A DNA stretch of 63,983 bases, filler included, from Basidioascus undulatus (taxonomy: Eukaryota): the NCBI GenBank assembly GCA_000826855.1. It is 3 parts of 3 records of this genome, joined end to end, with 100 filler letters (N's around TTAATTAATTAA, not from the genome) between each part and the next. Parts side by side here need not be neighbours in the genome. Positions count along the whole stretch, not along the records: positions 21,889 to 43,675 come from JTLS01000319.1; positions 43,776 to 63,983 come from JTLS01000379.1; 1 more part is not named here. One strand, 5' to 3'. Under the pieces are notes generated by a model, which was given only the letters and a program-made list of their open reading frames with translations, was not told where the DNA came from and searched no databases. This document shows positions 37,641 to 49,499 of this stretch, piece after piece. Position numbers and translations under genes: made by a program. Numbering within the stretch: the stretch's first letter is position 1; each line of letters starts with the position of its first letter.

Positions 37641-38740
37641 AATTATGTGTGTGGTCCTATCTCTCTAGCTAACGTTGGCCGAGCTGACCCCGAGCGTGGT
37701 CAATTGGTGCGAGCAGTATGACGCGCGACATGACCGAACCTTGTTGTAACTGTTGACTTGCCTGCGAGGCGAACACTGGAACGCACGAATAGTCAATGGA
37801 TTGAACAGATGTGAATGGATTGATAGTACACAATTTGAGTTTTCCTCAGAAAGGTGGACCGACAGAGTTACATGCAGCGGTATGCGTTGCTGTCTCGACC
37901 AAGTCCTCAGCGACTTTCAAGTCCATGCCTGCATGACCAGACATCCAGGGAATTGTTTAATGGAGAAATGACCTTCCTAGAGTCGGTGTACCGCGGGGTT
38001 GTCTCAAGAGGATTAAGAGGCCGCTTGCTGTCTGTCGACCCATGTCCACGGCAGATGGTTACCTTGCCTCCGCGCTGTAACGTGGTGTAGTGTTAAGGTG
38101 GGTTCAAAGATCAGTCCTAGCTCGTTTGACTCACATGTACAGAATACCTTAATTACTCCCTGGCAAGTCGTGCAACAATATGACTGTCGTTACAAGCCTC
38201 ATACAGTCGTCGTGTGCGGACTGCGAGTCCTTGACTGTCCACTCCCTGTTACAGTCTCCACCGAGCACAGTAGTCTAACAAACGCCTTGGAAATAAACTA
38301 AGCTCAGGTTTCTTTGCCATCCATGCAGCCTTGCGGACTGCGAGAAGGCTCGAAATTGGGGAACACGGCCTTAGCGCAACCAATGAATCATATTACTATC
38401 GTCGCAAGCAGGATACGGCGGACTGGTGGTTCACAACATCTTTATGAACAAGTGTGAGGTATGGCAATATAGCCCTTACGTGGCAGGCATTACTCGGTGA
38501 ATTACTGGCATGAGAAGACATAGAGACGTCGCAACACGGATAGACCCTCCGGCCGCGACCCGGAGCGCCTCCAAGCCATCCTCGATCGCCGCCTTTGCCT
38601 CTCGTTCCTCTCCTACCTTCACTTCACGGTTCGTATGCATCTGAGCTCATCTCGAACTAGCCCTCACACCGTCTCACGGCCAAATTCATACTCTTGCTTG
38701 CTTCATCGATCGACACCGCTCACCTGCGGACTTGCCGTCA

Positions 38741-40176
38741 ATGCTCTCGTCGCTCATTGCATCGTTCAAGGCGGTCACGTTGCCTGCTCCGAAAGAGCTT
38801 GCGTCGAAAGCTCGGGTGTCCAAGCTTCTTATCCACCCTGTCAAAAGCTGTGGAGGAATATCGGCCGATGAGGCGGAGATTACGCAGAGTGAGTTGTCTG
38901 GTCTTGTTCACACTGGAGTAGTGCTGATAATGTTCCCGCAGATGGATTCAGATACGATCGCCAGTAAGAAGTTGAATGATTACAACTTGTTCTACTGCAA
39001 TGCTGAGAGCACATCTTGTCGTTTTAGATGGCTCATTGTCGTTCGGAACGAACTTACTATTATCCTGTGTTGCGCATCGCTCTCCTTTCTGACACCAACG
39101 CCTGGCAGGATTTTCGCTTCTGCACTGCTCGCGAGCTCCCAAATCTTGTTTTGATTCGAACCAAGATCGAACCTCCTCTCCTCACACTCACGATCCCGAC
39201 ATCTCCCTCTCCCTCAATCGTCACTGTTGCACTCGATCCCTCTGACTCTGAGCTGGCGTCGCTCGAGCTCTTGCATGACGTCCGCATCTGGGATAAGAAT
39301 GTCGACGCGCACGCAATCTCCGCCGAGGCGGACGCAGCACTCAGCGCGTACCTGGGGAAACCCGTACGCCTCGTGGGTCTGGCGAGTGAGGAGGAGGGCG
39401 GGCGTATGCGGATCGGCACCGATGAGCTGGTTGGCGAGGAGCGCGACGAGGTGACCGCCGCCTTTCATGACCAATATCCCTACACCATCGCAACTTCACC
39501 GTGCGTCTTCTATCACTCCCTTCTACTCTCATCGCGCGTTCACTCACTGCCCAGCTGTTCAGGAGCCTCGAAGCCATTAAAGAGGCGCTGCACAAGTCTT
39601 CGTCGCCCAAGCTCGATCCCTCCGTCTGGCCGTCTAAGCGCATCGATGCATTCGCAGTGGAGCGCTTCCGTCCCAACATCTTCCTCGAGTCGGTGCCTGA
39701 GTCGCAGCTCAGCGCTTGGGAGGAGGATTCGTGGACGAAGATCTCCGTCGGCTCAGCGACGCGGGCCGAGGGCGAAGGAGAAACGTTCCATGTCCCTGGC
39801 CGCCTGCCGCGCTGTTTGCTTACGGGTGTGGATCCGGAGACGGGCGAGCCTGACAAGAATGCTCCTTACGGAGTAATCTCACAGTTCCGGATCATCGACC
39901 CGGTAAGAAGCTACTTTTCTAAGCTTGCTCAGTGGCTTCGTAATTGATTCTTACCCGCTAATTCCACCACAACAGGGCCACCGCATCAAGCCGTGCTTTG
40001 CAATTTCAGCCGTTTCTGCTCGTCCTGGTTCGTTTAGACTATCCTGAGGGTCTGTCTGAACCACTGTAACTGACGCCTGTTCAGGTAATTTCGTATGGGT
40101 CTGCGACGAACTGCGCGTTCTTGGACGCAACGACCCCGCGGAGCGGGTTTATATGGGCATAGGGAGCACGGCTTAG
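38741..40176 (+). CDS. MOSC-domain protein (mARC/YcbX-like molybdenum-cofactor enzyme)
   Basis: LIHPVKSCGG, GFRYDRQWL, TARELPNL, FHDQYP, ERFRPNI, WEEDSW and PRCLLTGVDPETG (putative Mo-ligating Cys). Confidence 0.9.
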
Positions 40177-40527
40177 CTGCATAATTATAATCTAGTATGC
40201 GTACCTATGGGCGTGGTGCAGCATAAATAATCCATGTTCGATGTGTGAGAAGCAAACATGCAAACACGCAGTGCCACTTTGTGTGTCTTCCTCTATACAA
40301 CAATGCTAACATCGACTTGATCTTCCGAATGGTCGAAATGTTCATCAGACAAAGCCCGCATTCGCTCAATAGAAGCATGATTATTGATCTCATAATTATG
40401 GGTCAATTGTAATACAACGAGGATGCTACGTGTGCGGCAGAAGTGCGCGTATGCGTGTGCGTCGTCGCTATAACGGTTGATAATCAAAAAGTCTCGATCT
40501 ACGTCAAAGCCAGTGCGTCCAAAAGAC

Positions 40528-42056
40528 TCAGTTGGCCTCGCGACCGCCGTGCTTGAGCGCCTCGCCCTCCGCGACCTTGCCCGGGTTGGACGTGGCCTTG
40601 CCGACGAGCACCTCGGTCGTGCCCTTGATCTTGTCCCCGATCGAAGGCTTGGCTGCATTCCGGACAGCCCGATTGTCAGCCAATGAAAGAAGAGGAGAGA
40701 TGGGTGTGCGAGGAGGGGAGAACAGAATACGTACAGTGGGTGGCAGCGCCAGCTCCAGCGCCCGCATGGCCAGCCGCGTTGGTGGTGGCCGAGTCGTAGC
40801 CGGAGCCGGTCGTGGAACCAGCGCCTGCGGTGTGCGAGCCGGTGCCCACGCCGGTTCCAGTGTGAGAGCCTGTCAGCCCGCTGCCACCGGTGGTGCCGTG
40901 GTGGCCGGTGCTGCCGACATCGTGGCTGGGAGAAGGAGAAACTCGTATGTCAGGGCAGGCGCGGCAGAGAGTCACAAAGGCAGACGCACTCATGAGGACC
41001 GTTGGGACTGGGGTGGACACCAGGCACCGCTGGTGACAAAAGCGGGCGTCAGATTCTGCGCTAGGATAGCTGGAGGGGAAGACAAGTGCTCACAGCCGAC
41101 AGCGCGGTCCGCGGCGTTGTAGTGGCCAGTTCCAGTTCCCGTCCGCCCAGTGGCAGACTCGCCGTAGCCCGTGCCGATGCCGCCGGTAGTCGTGCCCGTC
41201 CCGTGGCGGTAGCCGGTGGTGCCGACGTTGTGACTGATCGAACGGAAAAGTAATCAGGAGACGCTGATGTAAAGGGTATAGTCGGTGCAGCCAGAAGGGT
41301 TAACGCACTCATGCGGGCCGTTCGGACCCGGGTGGACGCCAGGAACGGCTGCGTGCGAGACGATCGGGGGTGTCTGTCAGTCATCAACGAGTTGAGAGAA
41401 GAGATACCGTAAACTCACAGACCACGGCCCGGTCACCAGCGTTGTAGTGTCCTTGGATGTTGTGCGAGCCGGTCAGGCCAGTGCCAGTGCCAGTGCCAGC
41501 GCCGGTGCGGGCGCCGCCCTCATGGTAGTGCTGGTTGTGCGTTCCGGGCAAGGCTGTGAAGAGAAACGCAACATTGGTCAGACATAGTCTCTCGTGTGTG
41601 AACGAGCACTCCAGCACACAGTCGGCCACCTTGTCGCCAACGGTCTTGCGCGGCACGCCGCCAGCGCCAGCCGCACCCGCCTGCGGGCCGGTGGTCGAAG
41701 AGTAGCCACCGAATAAAGAGCCAGCGGGACCGCTGCCGTACCCGCCGGCGTACGCGGGGTTGTTACCTGCAGCCCCGTACGCTACGGGAGGAGACACAGG
41801 AGTAAGCGCCAAGGTGGGTGTTACGACGGTCGAAGGTGAAACGCACCGGCCTGCTCAGCGCGGTCCGAGGTGGAGTGCCCGATGGAAGTTGGTGCTGGTT
41901 GTGGGTACCGGGGAGGGCTATCGAGTGCGATGGAGGGTCAAAGATCTGTGTTCAGGCGCGTTTTAGGACGAAGACTGAGAGTGCGCGCTCACCATTCTTG
42001 ACCTTGTCGCCGGCAGTCTCCTGGTAGCCGGGCGCGGTATTGTCGTAGCGGGACAT
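40528..42056 (-). CDS. Gly/Thr/His-rich hydrophilin (dehydrin/LEA-like) with a CsbD-like C-terminus; multi-exon
   Basis: The spliced product runs MSRYDNTAPGYQETAGDKVKNALPGTHNQH... with TGTGTG tracts and ends KPSIGDKIKGTTEVLVGKATSNPGKVAEGEALKHG. Confidence 0.75.
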
Positions 42057-42188
42057 GATGGTATTCGTTTGGAATGTGGTGATGGGTGGGTTTGGGTGAT
42101 GGGTCGTTCAGTCGTTACAGTGCGTAAGAGATGTCAGTGGTATTGGATCAGTGAAGGAAAGCAAGTCTTGCCAGCGCTTGCAACCTGG

Positions 42189-42196
42189 CTTTTATA
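42189..42196 (-). promoter_or_regulatory. TATA box (TATAAAAG) about 135 bp upstream of the hydrophilin gene
   Basis: cttttata on the + strand, a canonical sequence at a plausible position. Confidence 0.55.
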
Positions 42197-43675
42197 CAGC
42201 ACGCAGCCTCGTCCTCTCCCCGCCTGTCTCTTCACAACAGACTGCAACCATTAAGCGATGACGGACAGTTGCATCATTTTCCGCTCTTGCTCCCGCCACA
42301 GTCAACACACAAGGGTCCAAAGAAAATTGGAATATGATGGAAGGGGGTACATACGAGATCAGGGACACGAGGGAGGAGCAGCGTCATCCTGCTGGATGCA
42401 CAGCCGCCGCGGCGTGGGAGCCGCAGGGTGTCAACTTTCCGCTCTTGTACGGCATCCTTCACGCAAAGGCCACGCGACCGCCCTGGCCAGGGGACTTCTT
42501 TCTCGGCCTATTTGAGGTGCTCTATACGTAATACGTCGGTTTACGGTCGGCTGACCCTGTCCGCCTCGTGGAGGAGCACCAGGAACGTGCGTTGGTGAGG
42601 AGCTCGACTGCAGGCCTGCCGCCTTACCTGCGAAGTGTGCCCAAGATCGGTGGTGGCTTACACATCCTTAATCCCCAACTGCGGCTTGACAAGCAGCATT
42701 CGTATGTTCAGGGTAAAGTAATGCGTGGGGAGTGCGAAGCGGCTTGGACGCACTCGGCAGCGCTGCTGCGCTTGAGCGTGGAGCTGGTGAAATGGCGTCA
42801 TTTCGGGCTCTTATCGCACTTACTGACTCCTTGCGACATCTGCTTCAGGGAATCCCTTCACCATGAAGCGTTCAGCCAAAAAGAAAAGAAAGGTCATGTT
42901 CTGGAGCGTCTAAGGGTGAAAGGAAGTTCCTCAGCTTGGTCTGAGCAACTACTGTAAGCTAGTTCCAGAACATCCGACTGCGCTTAGCGTACCCTCGCAA
43001 CGGGGTAGCGATAGCACCAATTTGGCACCACCTCCAAGGCCATCGACATGTTGATATGAAGCTTGCTTGGTGTACAGGTCACACGCCATCACCACACAGT
43101 AAGAGTAAGTGAGCCTGAGTCAGCTTCGTATCTTCTCCGAGCCTCCTACTAACGGAGTGAGGCGGAGGGCTCACGTCGGTGCTGCCGTTCTCGATCTCCA
43201 TGTTGCCAAATTCCTGATCCTTGAAGCTGTTCTGATGTTCATTATGAAAACACAGAAAAATAGGCATCCCAAAAAACCGAAGCGTCAGCGCAGCGGATGG
43301 TCCGGCTCGGCAGAGGAACCACACGGTCGCAGCTTGCCGTGGTAAACTCAACGCTGCAAATCTTAAGTCAGATGGCGATGCATTACTCTGGACAACTACC
43401 CCAGCCGGTAATGCCGACGCAACTGTCAGATTTGCATGAGGTGCTCCCTTGGTCGGGAACGGCACTGCGTACCATGCGTCTGGGTTTGTTGCATCTTGTA
43501 GGACCTTGGAACTGCGGAGACATTGCTTCTTGGTTGATTTTCAAAGTGCACCATAACCAGGAAGAATGACGGGCAGTGGTACATGCATCCGCGCCTGAGC
43601 GACGAACCATCACCTCATCTCCTCTCAACTCGACAGCGCCCAGCCTTCCATCAGCATCATCCCCACATCCCCCCA

Positions 43676-43775
43676 NNNNNNNNNNNNNNNNNNNNNNNNN
43701 NNNNNNNNNNNNNNNNNNNTTAATTAATTAANNNNNNNNNNNNNNNNNNNNNNNNNNNNNNNNNNNNNNNNNNNN
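43676..43775. other. Assembly spacer (N run with TTAATTAATTAA)
   Basis: Same synthetic linker as at 21789-21888. Confidence 0.95.
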
Positions 43776-46320
43776 CCTGCGCCTGCTGGATGGGCATCTT
43801 CTTCGCTGCATCCCACCCCCACGCTCGCTCCTCTCCCCTCTCGGGCTTCCTCATCTCCCCATCCTCTCCTCTCTTTCTCCTCTCCTATCCTCTCCTGCTT
43901 CTCTTCGCTTCGCTCCCGACCGACTGGCTCGCCCGAACCCTTCGCTTTCGCCCCCACTTTGCTTTTTCCCATGCTGTACCTTGCGCGCGGCTTGATGCCC
44001 GGCACCCCACCCACCCTTGTTGACTGCTTCGACGCTTTGATTTGCCCCTCATCCATTTGCTTTTGCCCTGTGCTTCAAGTGCCTGCTTGTGACTGCTTCA
44101 TGCTGCGGCCGTTCGCTGTGACTCCCACGCAGCACTGCATCACACAGCTAAGCAGTAGCTCTGCCTGGTTCCGTCGAAATTTTTGGGCTTACGACCATCC
44201 CGTGTTACCGGGTGCCCACGCTCGAGGGATCGTGGACGGCGTAGACGGCAGAGACAGACCCCGCGTGGAGGGCGTGATTGTAGCGAGAGAGTGAACTTGG
44301 GATGAACTTGGATGAACTAGATAGGCGTCGCACGGTCTTCTGCCCTGACTCACTCACTGAGAGGACGCTCGGACGCCCAGAGATGATAATGAAAGGGTCT
44401 TCCGCGCGTGGGGTTCCCGAGGGTTTGGAGGGGGAGGAATGGGATGGTTGAAGTTGAGTGAAGTTGGATTGGGTGTGGGGAAGGTGGGATTGTCGGTAGC
44501 CGGAGAGGTCTGGGATGGGTAGGAGGCCGAAGTAGTTGACGATGTGCTTGCGGGGAGGGTGTTAGGCTTAGGCTGCTGTGCTCGCGAGAGCGTGTTGGGA
44601 ATTGCTAGAGCAATGGATGAAATGGGCATGCATGTGTGCGGAATCAGCAATTGAAGTTCACTCGAGGGCTTGAAAAGGTGAGTCGGACTCGACTGACATC
44701 TACACTTCAAGACTGTAAAAGCTTTGGAGTTCCTGACCTTACAAACTTCTTTCTGTGCAACCTTTACCGACGGGGGAAGAACCTGAACATTGCAACCATG
44801 AGGCTCGCCCACGAAGATGGCCAGCGAGGCGGCAATATGCACTGCTGCTTGAAGCAGTCGTACATGGCCATCAGTCCCAACGCGCAGGCCTAATAGCTCG
44901 GGTTAGCGCTGCCTGTGGGTTTACAGGACCCTCTGAGAGATTTCAAAAAAATTCGCTTGAAAATCCCTGAAGCTGTAGACGTGGTCCTACCGGACATTGG
45001 GCCAAGAGCCCAGGAGCTAACGGCAAGAACGTGCTCTTCCGTGTATTATTGACGAGGAGCGCTGAACAGGCTAGGTATCGCCTGACCAAGTTTCCAGGGA
45101 CACTATACGCTTGCATGATCAAATTTCTCTGAGCCCGTGAGAAGACCGGAGTTGCCCTTAGCGAGCAGACTGCCGCACACTTTCCTGACAGCAAGGTTGA
45201 TGCAGTAAACAGGGCCACACAATGCTTGGAGGGGGCAGAAATGAAAAGGATGAATTTTTCAAATAGTTTGGGTGTTTGCTTGTGTGGGTCTGTTCAGGAT
45301 GTGCTTCTGGTGACCCAAGAACTCGTCGGCGCGGCTTCAGTCAGCCCTGCATGAGGCACCGGCGCTCAACCTAGAGTAACACCGGCTCCGTCGATCCTTC
45401 GAACTGGAAATTCAATAGCATAATAAATTGAGATCGTAATGAATTCCGGTGACATCCCAACGCGAATGGTTCCGGAGCGGATGGATCGACAGAGGCCCGG
45501 GAGGGGGGCCTGTGCGGAATAATCGGTCCTTGTCTGGTCGCGCAGCCAGTCGTCGCTAGCTGCTGTGCGAGCATTGGAGACGATGATCGACGTCGGTACA
45601 GAAATTTATTAAATCTGTCTTCAAAGGAAAAGGTTCAATGGCGGAGACAAAAGGGTCGGGAGACGTGGGCTTCTCACCCTGACCGTGTACGCGCTTGAGA
45701 TGATGCATCCGGTTGCGTGAGCACCAGCGCATGTAAACGCGGATATGGTGCACTTGTTCAACGTAAAACTAAAAAGCCCAAGATGTGTTTTGATTACAAG
45801 GTCTAGATAGATAGCTCGAATCCGCCTTTTGGATTCTCGCTATCTGTCTGCATGGGTTGGCCTCCTTTCTATACCCATCGTTCTCTGCATGATTCCTCTC
45901 TCCTATAGATGTACTGTATGGCTCACAAAGTATACAGCCACAGTGAGCCTAGAGGGTAATATTGCTCGAAGCGAAGCAACAAAACCAGTCATGAAGAAGT
46001 CTCGAGAATGTTTGCATGCTGCGATGCTACGCCCTCTGTGGCAAGGAAGCCGGCGCAAGAATGCAGTGTCCATAACGATACACAAACATCTAGACCTTTG
46101 AGAGCTTCTGAAACGCTCCAAATAAAGGGGAAGTGAAATTGGTGATCTTCGTGCGAGTGCGGCCCGCTGCAAATTTTCCACGCCCGTCTACGCTGTCGAG
46201 TGCCCTTCTACGACCCGCCTTCATCACTCGCGTCTCTACCATCCAACTTCAGCAGTTGCACTGCAGGCATCTTCGATCTCGGCTCTCTACCTCTTCATCG
46301 CGTTGCCCCGTTTCGTCTTG

Positions 46321-47390
46321 ATGCTTGCGCTTCTTTTGGTCCCTGCTGAGGCCCTGCTCAAGATCGCGAAAGACCTCTCAGCCGGAGGACCGGGTACGCT
46401 TCTCGCTCGTGAACAACGTTCTGCATACGCTTCTTCTTCCCAGCGCCTGGTCCGACAGCCGCTTGAGCTCTCAGGATGCTTTTGAGTCGTACGTTTCAGA
46501 CCACGTGAACAAGATTGTGCATCTGCGGTGAGCTGGACGTCCTTGCTTCTGAGGGAAGTGAAACTGCTGACCTCCAGGAGTCCAATATCTCCCTTTCGCT
46601 CACGCTCTCTGCCGAACAACTATATGGGCTGCTGTGTGGGTTTCCGATCTTCGCGAAGCAGTCGCATCGCTGGCCGACGCTCGTCATCTCCAGCCTTCTC
46701 GACAGACCTTTGGAGCACTTGGCCATCGTCGATGTCCATCAGAGAATACTGAGCATGCAGGCTGTTAGGGCATGGAACCGCTCACCCTCGATGCCGTCTG
46801 GCCACCATCCCAGAAGGCTCCGGACACATTGCTGCTCTCATCGCTCAAGTTGCTTCACTTCAGCCGGGATTCAAGCTTGTTCGACTCATGAAAAGTCTCA
46901 AACGCTGCACATCGAACTTCCCCACTCTCTTGAGACTTCTGGACCCGCGGGGTGCAGGACTTCGTTAAATCGCTGTCTATGACCTCCTTCGCCTCCTTGC
47001 AGCACTTGGTCATCACGGCGGTCGGCCTGTCCCCCGCGAGCTCATCATCGGCCTAGTGAAGGCCTGCTCTTACCTGGAGACTCTGGACTTGATGGCTGGT
47101 TTGTCTGGGCAGAAACGGTGCAACTCCGAGCCCGGTACGTCGATCTTTACCCTGATGCAATTGGGGTGAATCTTTCCCGCTGACAGTTTCTTTTTGTGCT
47201 TGTGAATTCCTCACAGTTATTCTACAAGGAAGCTCTGGAGCCGCTCGCCTCCCTCAGTCGAGCGCATCTCCCCCTCTTACGGAAGGGAGCCTATACGACC
47301 TTCGCGTTCTACGGCGTGGCTCTGCTGGGTGGGACAGCGAGTAGGAGCGGACGTCCACGAGTTTCTAAATGCTTGGAATGCTTGAGCTGA
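46321..47390 (+). pseudogene. Degenerate F-box/LRR-like gene
   Basis: LVPAEALLKIAKDL (F-box-like), SLQHLVIT and LVKACSYLETLDL occur in broken frames. Confidence 0.35.
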
Positions 47391-47914
47391 ACTGAAGAGG
47401 GTGCATGCATTATTTCTTGGTCTCTATGGGTTTGCCCTAGATCACGGCAAATGTACAGTGGCCTCGCCCCCAGTCGGTCCTGCGGTCAAGCCGCCAGATT
47501 TTAGTGTTCTGTGTGTGGGAGTGTGTAGTTATTTGGAGAGTAAATACCCATGTTAAATCTGGGAGTGGGGTGGGGGCCGGTACACCGTCAGTCTGCTGTC
47601 AGGTTTGGGTGCGAGAAGCAAAGTCGGTGAAACTGGGTGAAAAGAGTTGTATACTCTTCGCGACTGTTCCGCAGATTGCCGAAGATATATGTGAATGTAT
47701 ATGAATGATGGGCACCTTAATGTAATTTCTGCTACAATTCCGATTTGGATGGCAGACTCGGCCATCGGCAAGAGTACGGAATTCTGAGCTGCCACTGCCG
47801 AGGCTTTATCTCCGTGTTAAATCCATCAAGCACTGCCTCGCTGACCGACAGGAACGAAGACCTTTCTTCTTCTACCACTTGATCACCATCACAGCTCCCT
47901 TTCCATCGCGCTTC

Positions 47915-48900
47915 ATGCCGTCCAAAACACCTCCTCCAGCGAATCGTGTCCTCGTGGTCGGCGCTGGCGTTGCGGGCCCGGCTCTTGCCCTTTTCCTGAA
48001 ACGCAAGGGGTGGGATGTCGGTCAGTCTAGAAAGTGGTGGGATGGAACAAAAGGAGAGCTTCTAATTTGACCCCACCTCCTCTCCTCTTACAGTCATCTT
48101 CGAGAAAGTCGCGAGCTTAGGCCCGGTCGGAGCCTCGCATTTGCTGCAGTCAAATGGGTGAGTGGAAAGCTGCCATGAGCCTGGCTGTTAAGAACAGTGT
48201 TAATATATTCCGTGCACAGCGTTAAGGTCCTCTCTCTTCTCGGTCTCCTCCGCGAACTCCTTCAGCCGAAAAACAGCCGCGTGATCTCCCACTTCGTGCA
48301 CACCTCGCGGACCGCCTCCCCCCGAGCACCTCGTCACCTGCCCCATCCCCGAAGAGATCGCCAAAGCCGCCGGAGGGTTCCCCTTCCTTGGAGTCCAGCG
48401 CGCTCGATTCCAGAAGTTCCTCATCGACAAGGCCATCGCGGCAGGTGTGCCCGTGCACTGGTCCAAGAATGTCGTCGGCGTTGAGGAGGACGGCGATGCG
48501 GCTGCCACACTCCGCTTCGCGGACGGGTCGGAAGAGACCGGAGCATTCGTCGTCGCTTGTGATGGGCTGCACTCCGCCGTCCGGAAGTGCCTGTTCGGGA
48601 AGTAGAAGGCGGTCTATACCGGATTGACTCAAGTGAGTTGTTCACTTTGTTTTGAAACTCACCTTTCCCTCTCTCTCCCTGATGTTTGGTATTCACATGC
48701 GCTCTCCTCTCTGTACAGACCGTGGGCCTCGCCCCTACGCCGAGCGCGTACTCGACGCTCGCCGCCCTCTGAAACATACGGGGATGCGTGTTTTCATGCG
48801 TCTTCAGACGCACGCCGAAGTTCAGCATAGCAGCAGGTGCGACACCCAAACGCTCTACTGGTAGTCAAGACTCACAAGTCACCGTCACTTCGTCCTAGGT
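47915..48900 (+). pseudogene. FAD-dependent monooxygenase pseudogene, truncated
   Basis: VLVVGAGVAGPALALFL (GxGxxG) and VVACDGLHSAVR (DG motif) are present. There is a +1 shift in the C run at 48318-48323, an in-frame TAG at 48603-48605 and no recognisable C-terminal GD motif. The end is approximate. Confidence 0.85.
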
Positions 48901-49499
48901 CCCATTCTCGCTCTCATGCTCTGGCATCTGGCCACATTTCGCCCGCCGGAGGAGTATAGCCCGTGTCTGATGAACAGAACACGCAGAAGTACACTTGATG
49001 TCTCACCCTACAGATTTCAATATCACATTTTGATACTTCATTGGCAGAGATATCGAATTGGGCTCCCTCTATTCGAGGACAAACATCGTGAAGGTGGACG
49101 TGGATTGACTGCCGTGTTGGAGCGGCCGTCGTGCGGCCGGTGCAGTGCTGCGACATTTCCGCAACATAGGAACATGCAAACAAAAGAGATTCTGGATGAA
49201 TGAAGTGCTGCGCGAAACGGGCTCATCTCAGTCAGAATTGGCCGGGAAGCCGAAGCGTCAAACCAATCGATGCGGAGGAAACGGTGGTCGCCCGCGACTG
49301 CCTGGAGCGGATCTGACGTACATGTACTTCTACGGTAATGCCCTACTCTAAGACGCGGACATTGTTTCTTAGTGACTTATACTGCCTGTGGCAGTCAACT
49401 CAGGTGCCGAGTCGTAAAATGTAGGGGCGCAACGTACTAGGTAGTTCAGTTCTTCAAGCCTCGCTAGCCAGACACAGATACAAGCGCCGGCACAATGCA

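Noticed and set aside
42600..45900. ORF-poor, lower-GC stretch around the second gap as a transposon
   Set aside because: I could not recognise any transposase, RT or integrase motif, TIR or LTR. It may be a very old relic, but that is unsupported.
48603..48605. In-frame TAG as a possible A-to-I editing or readthrough site
   Set aside because: The context fits a GAG-to-TAG mutation rather than Trp, and the gene is also frameshifted and truncated.
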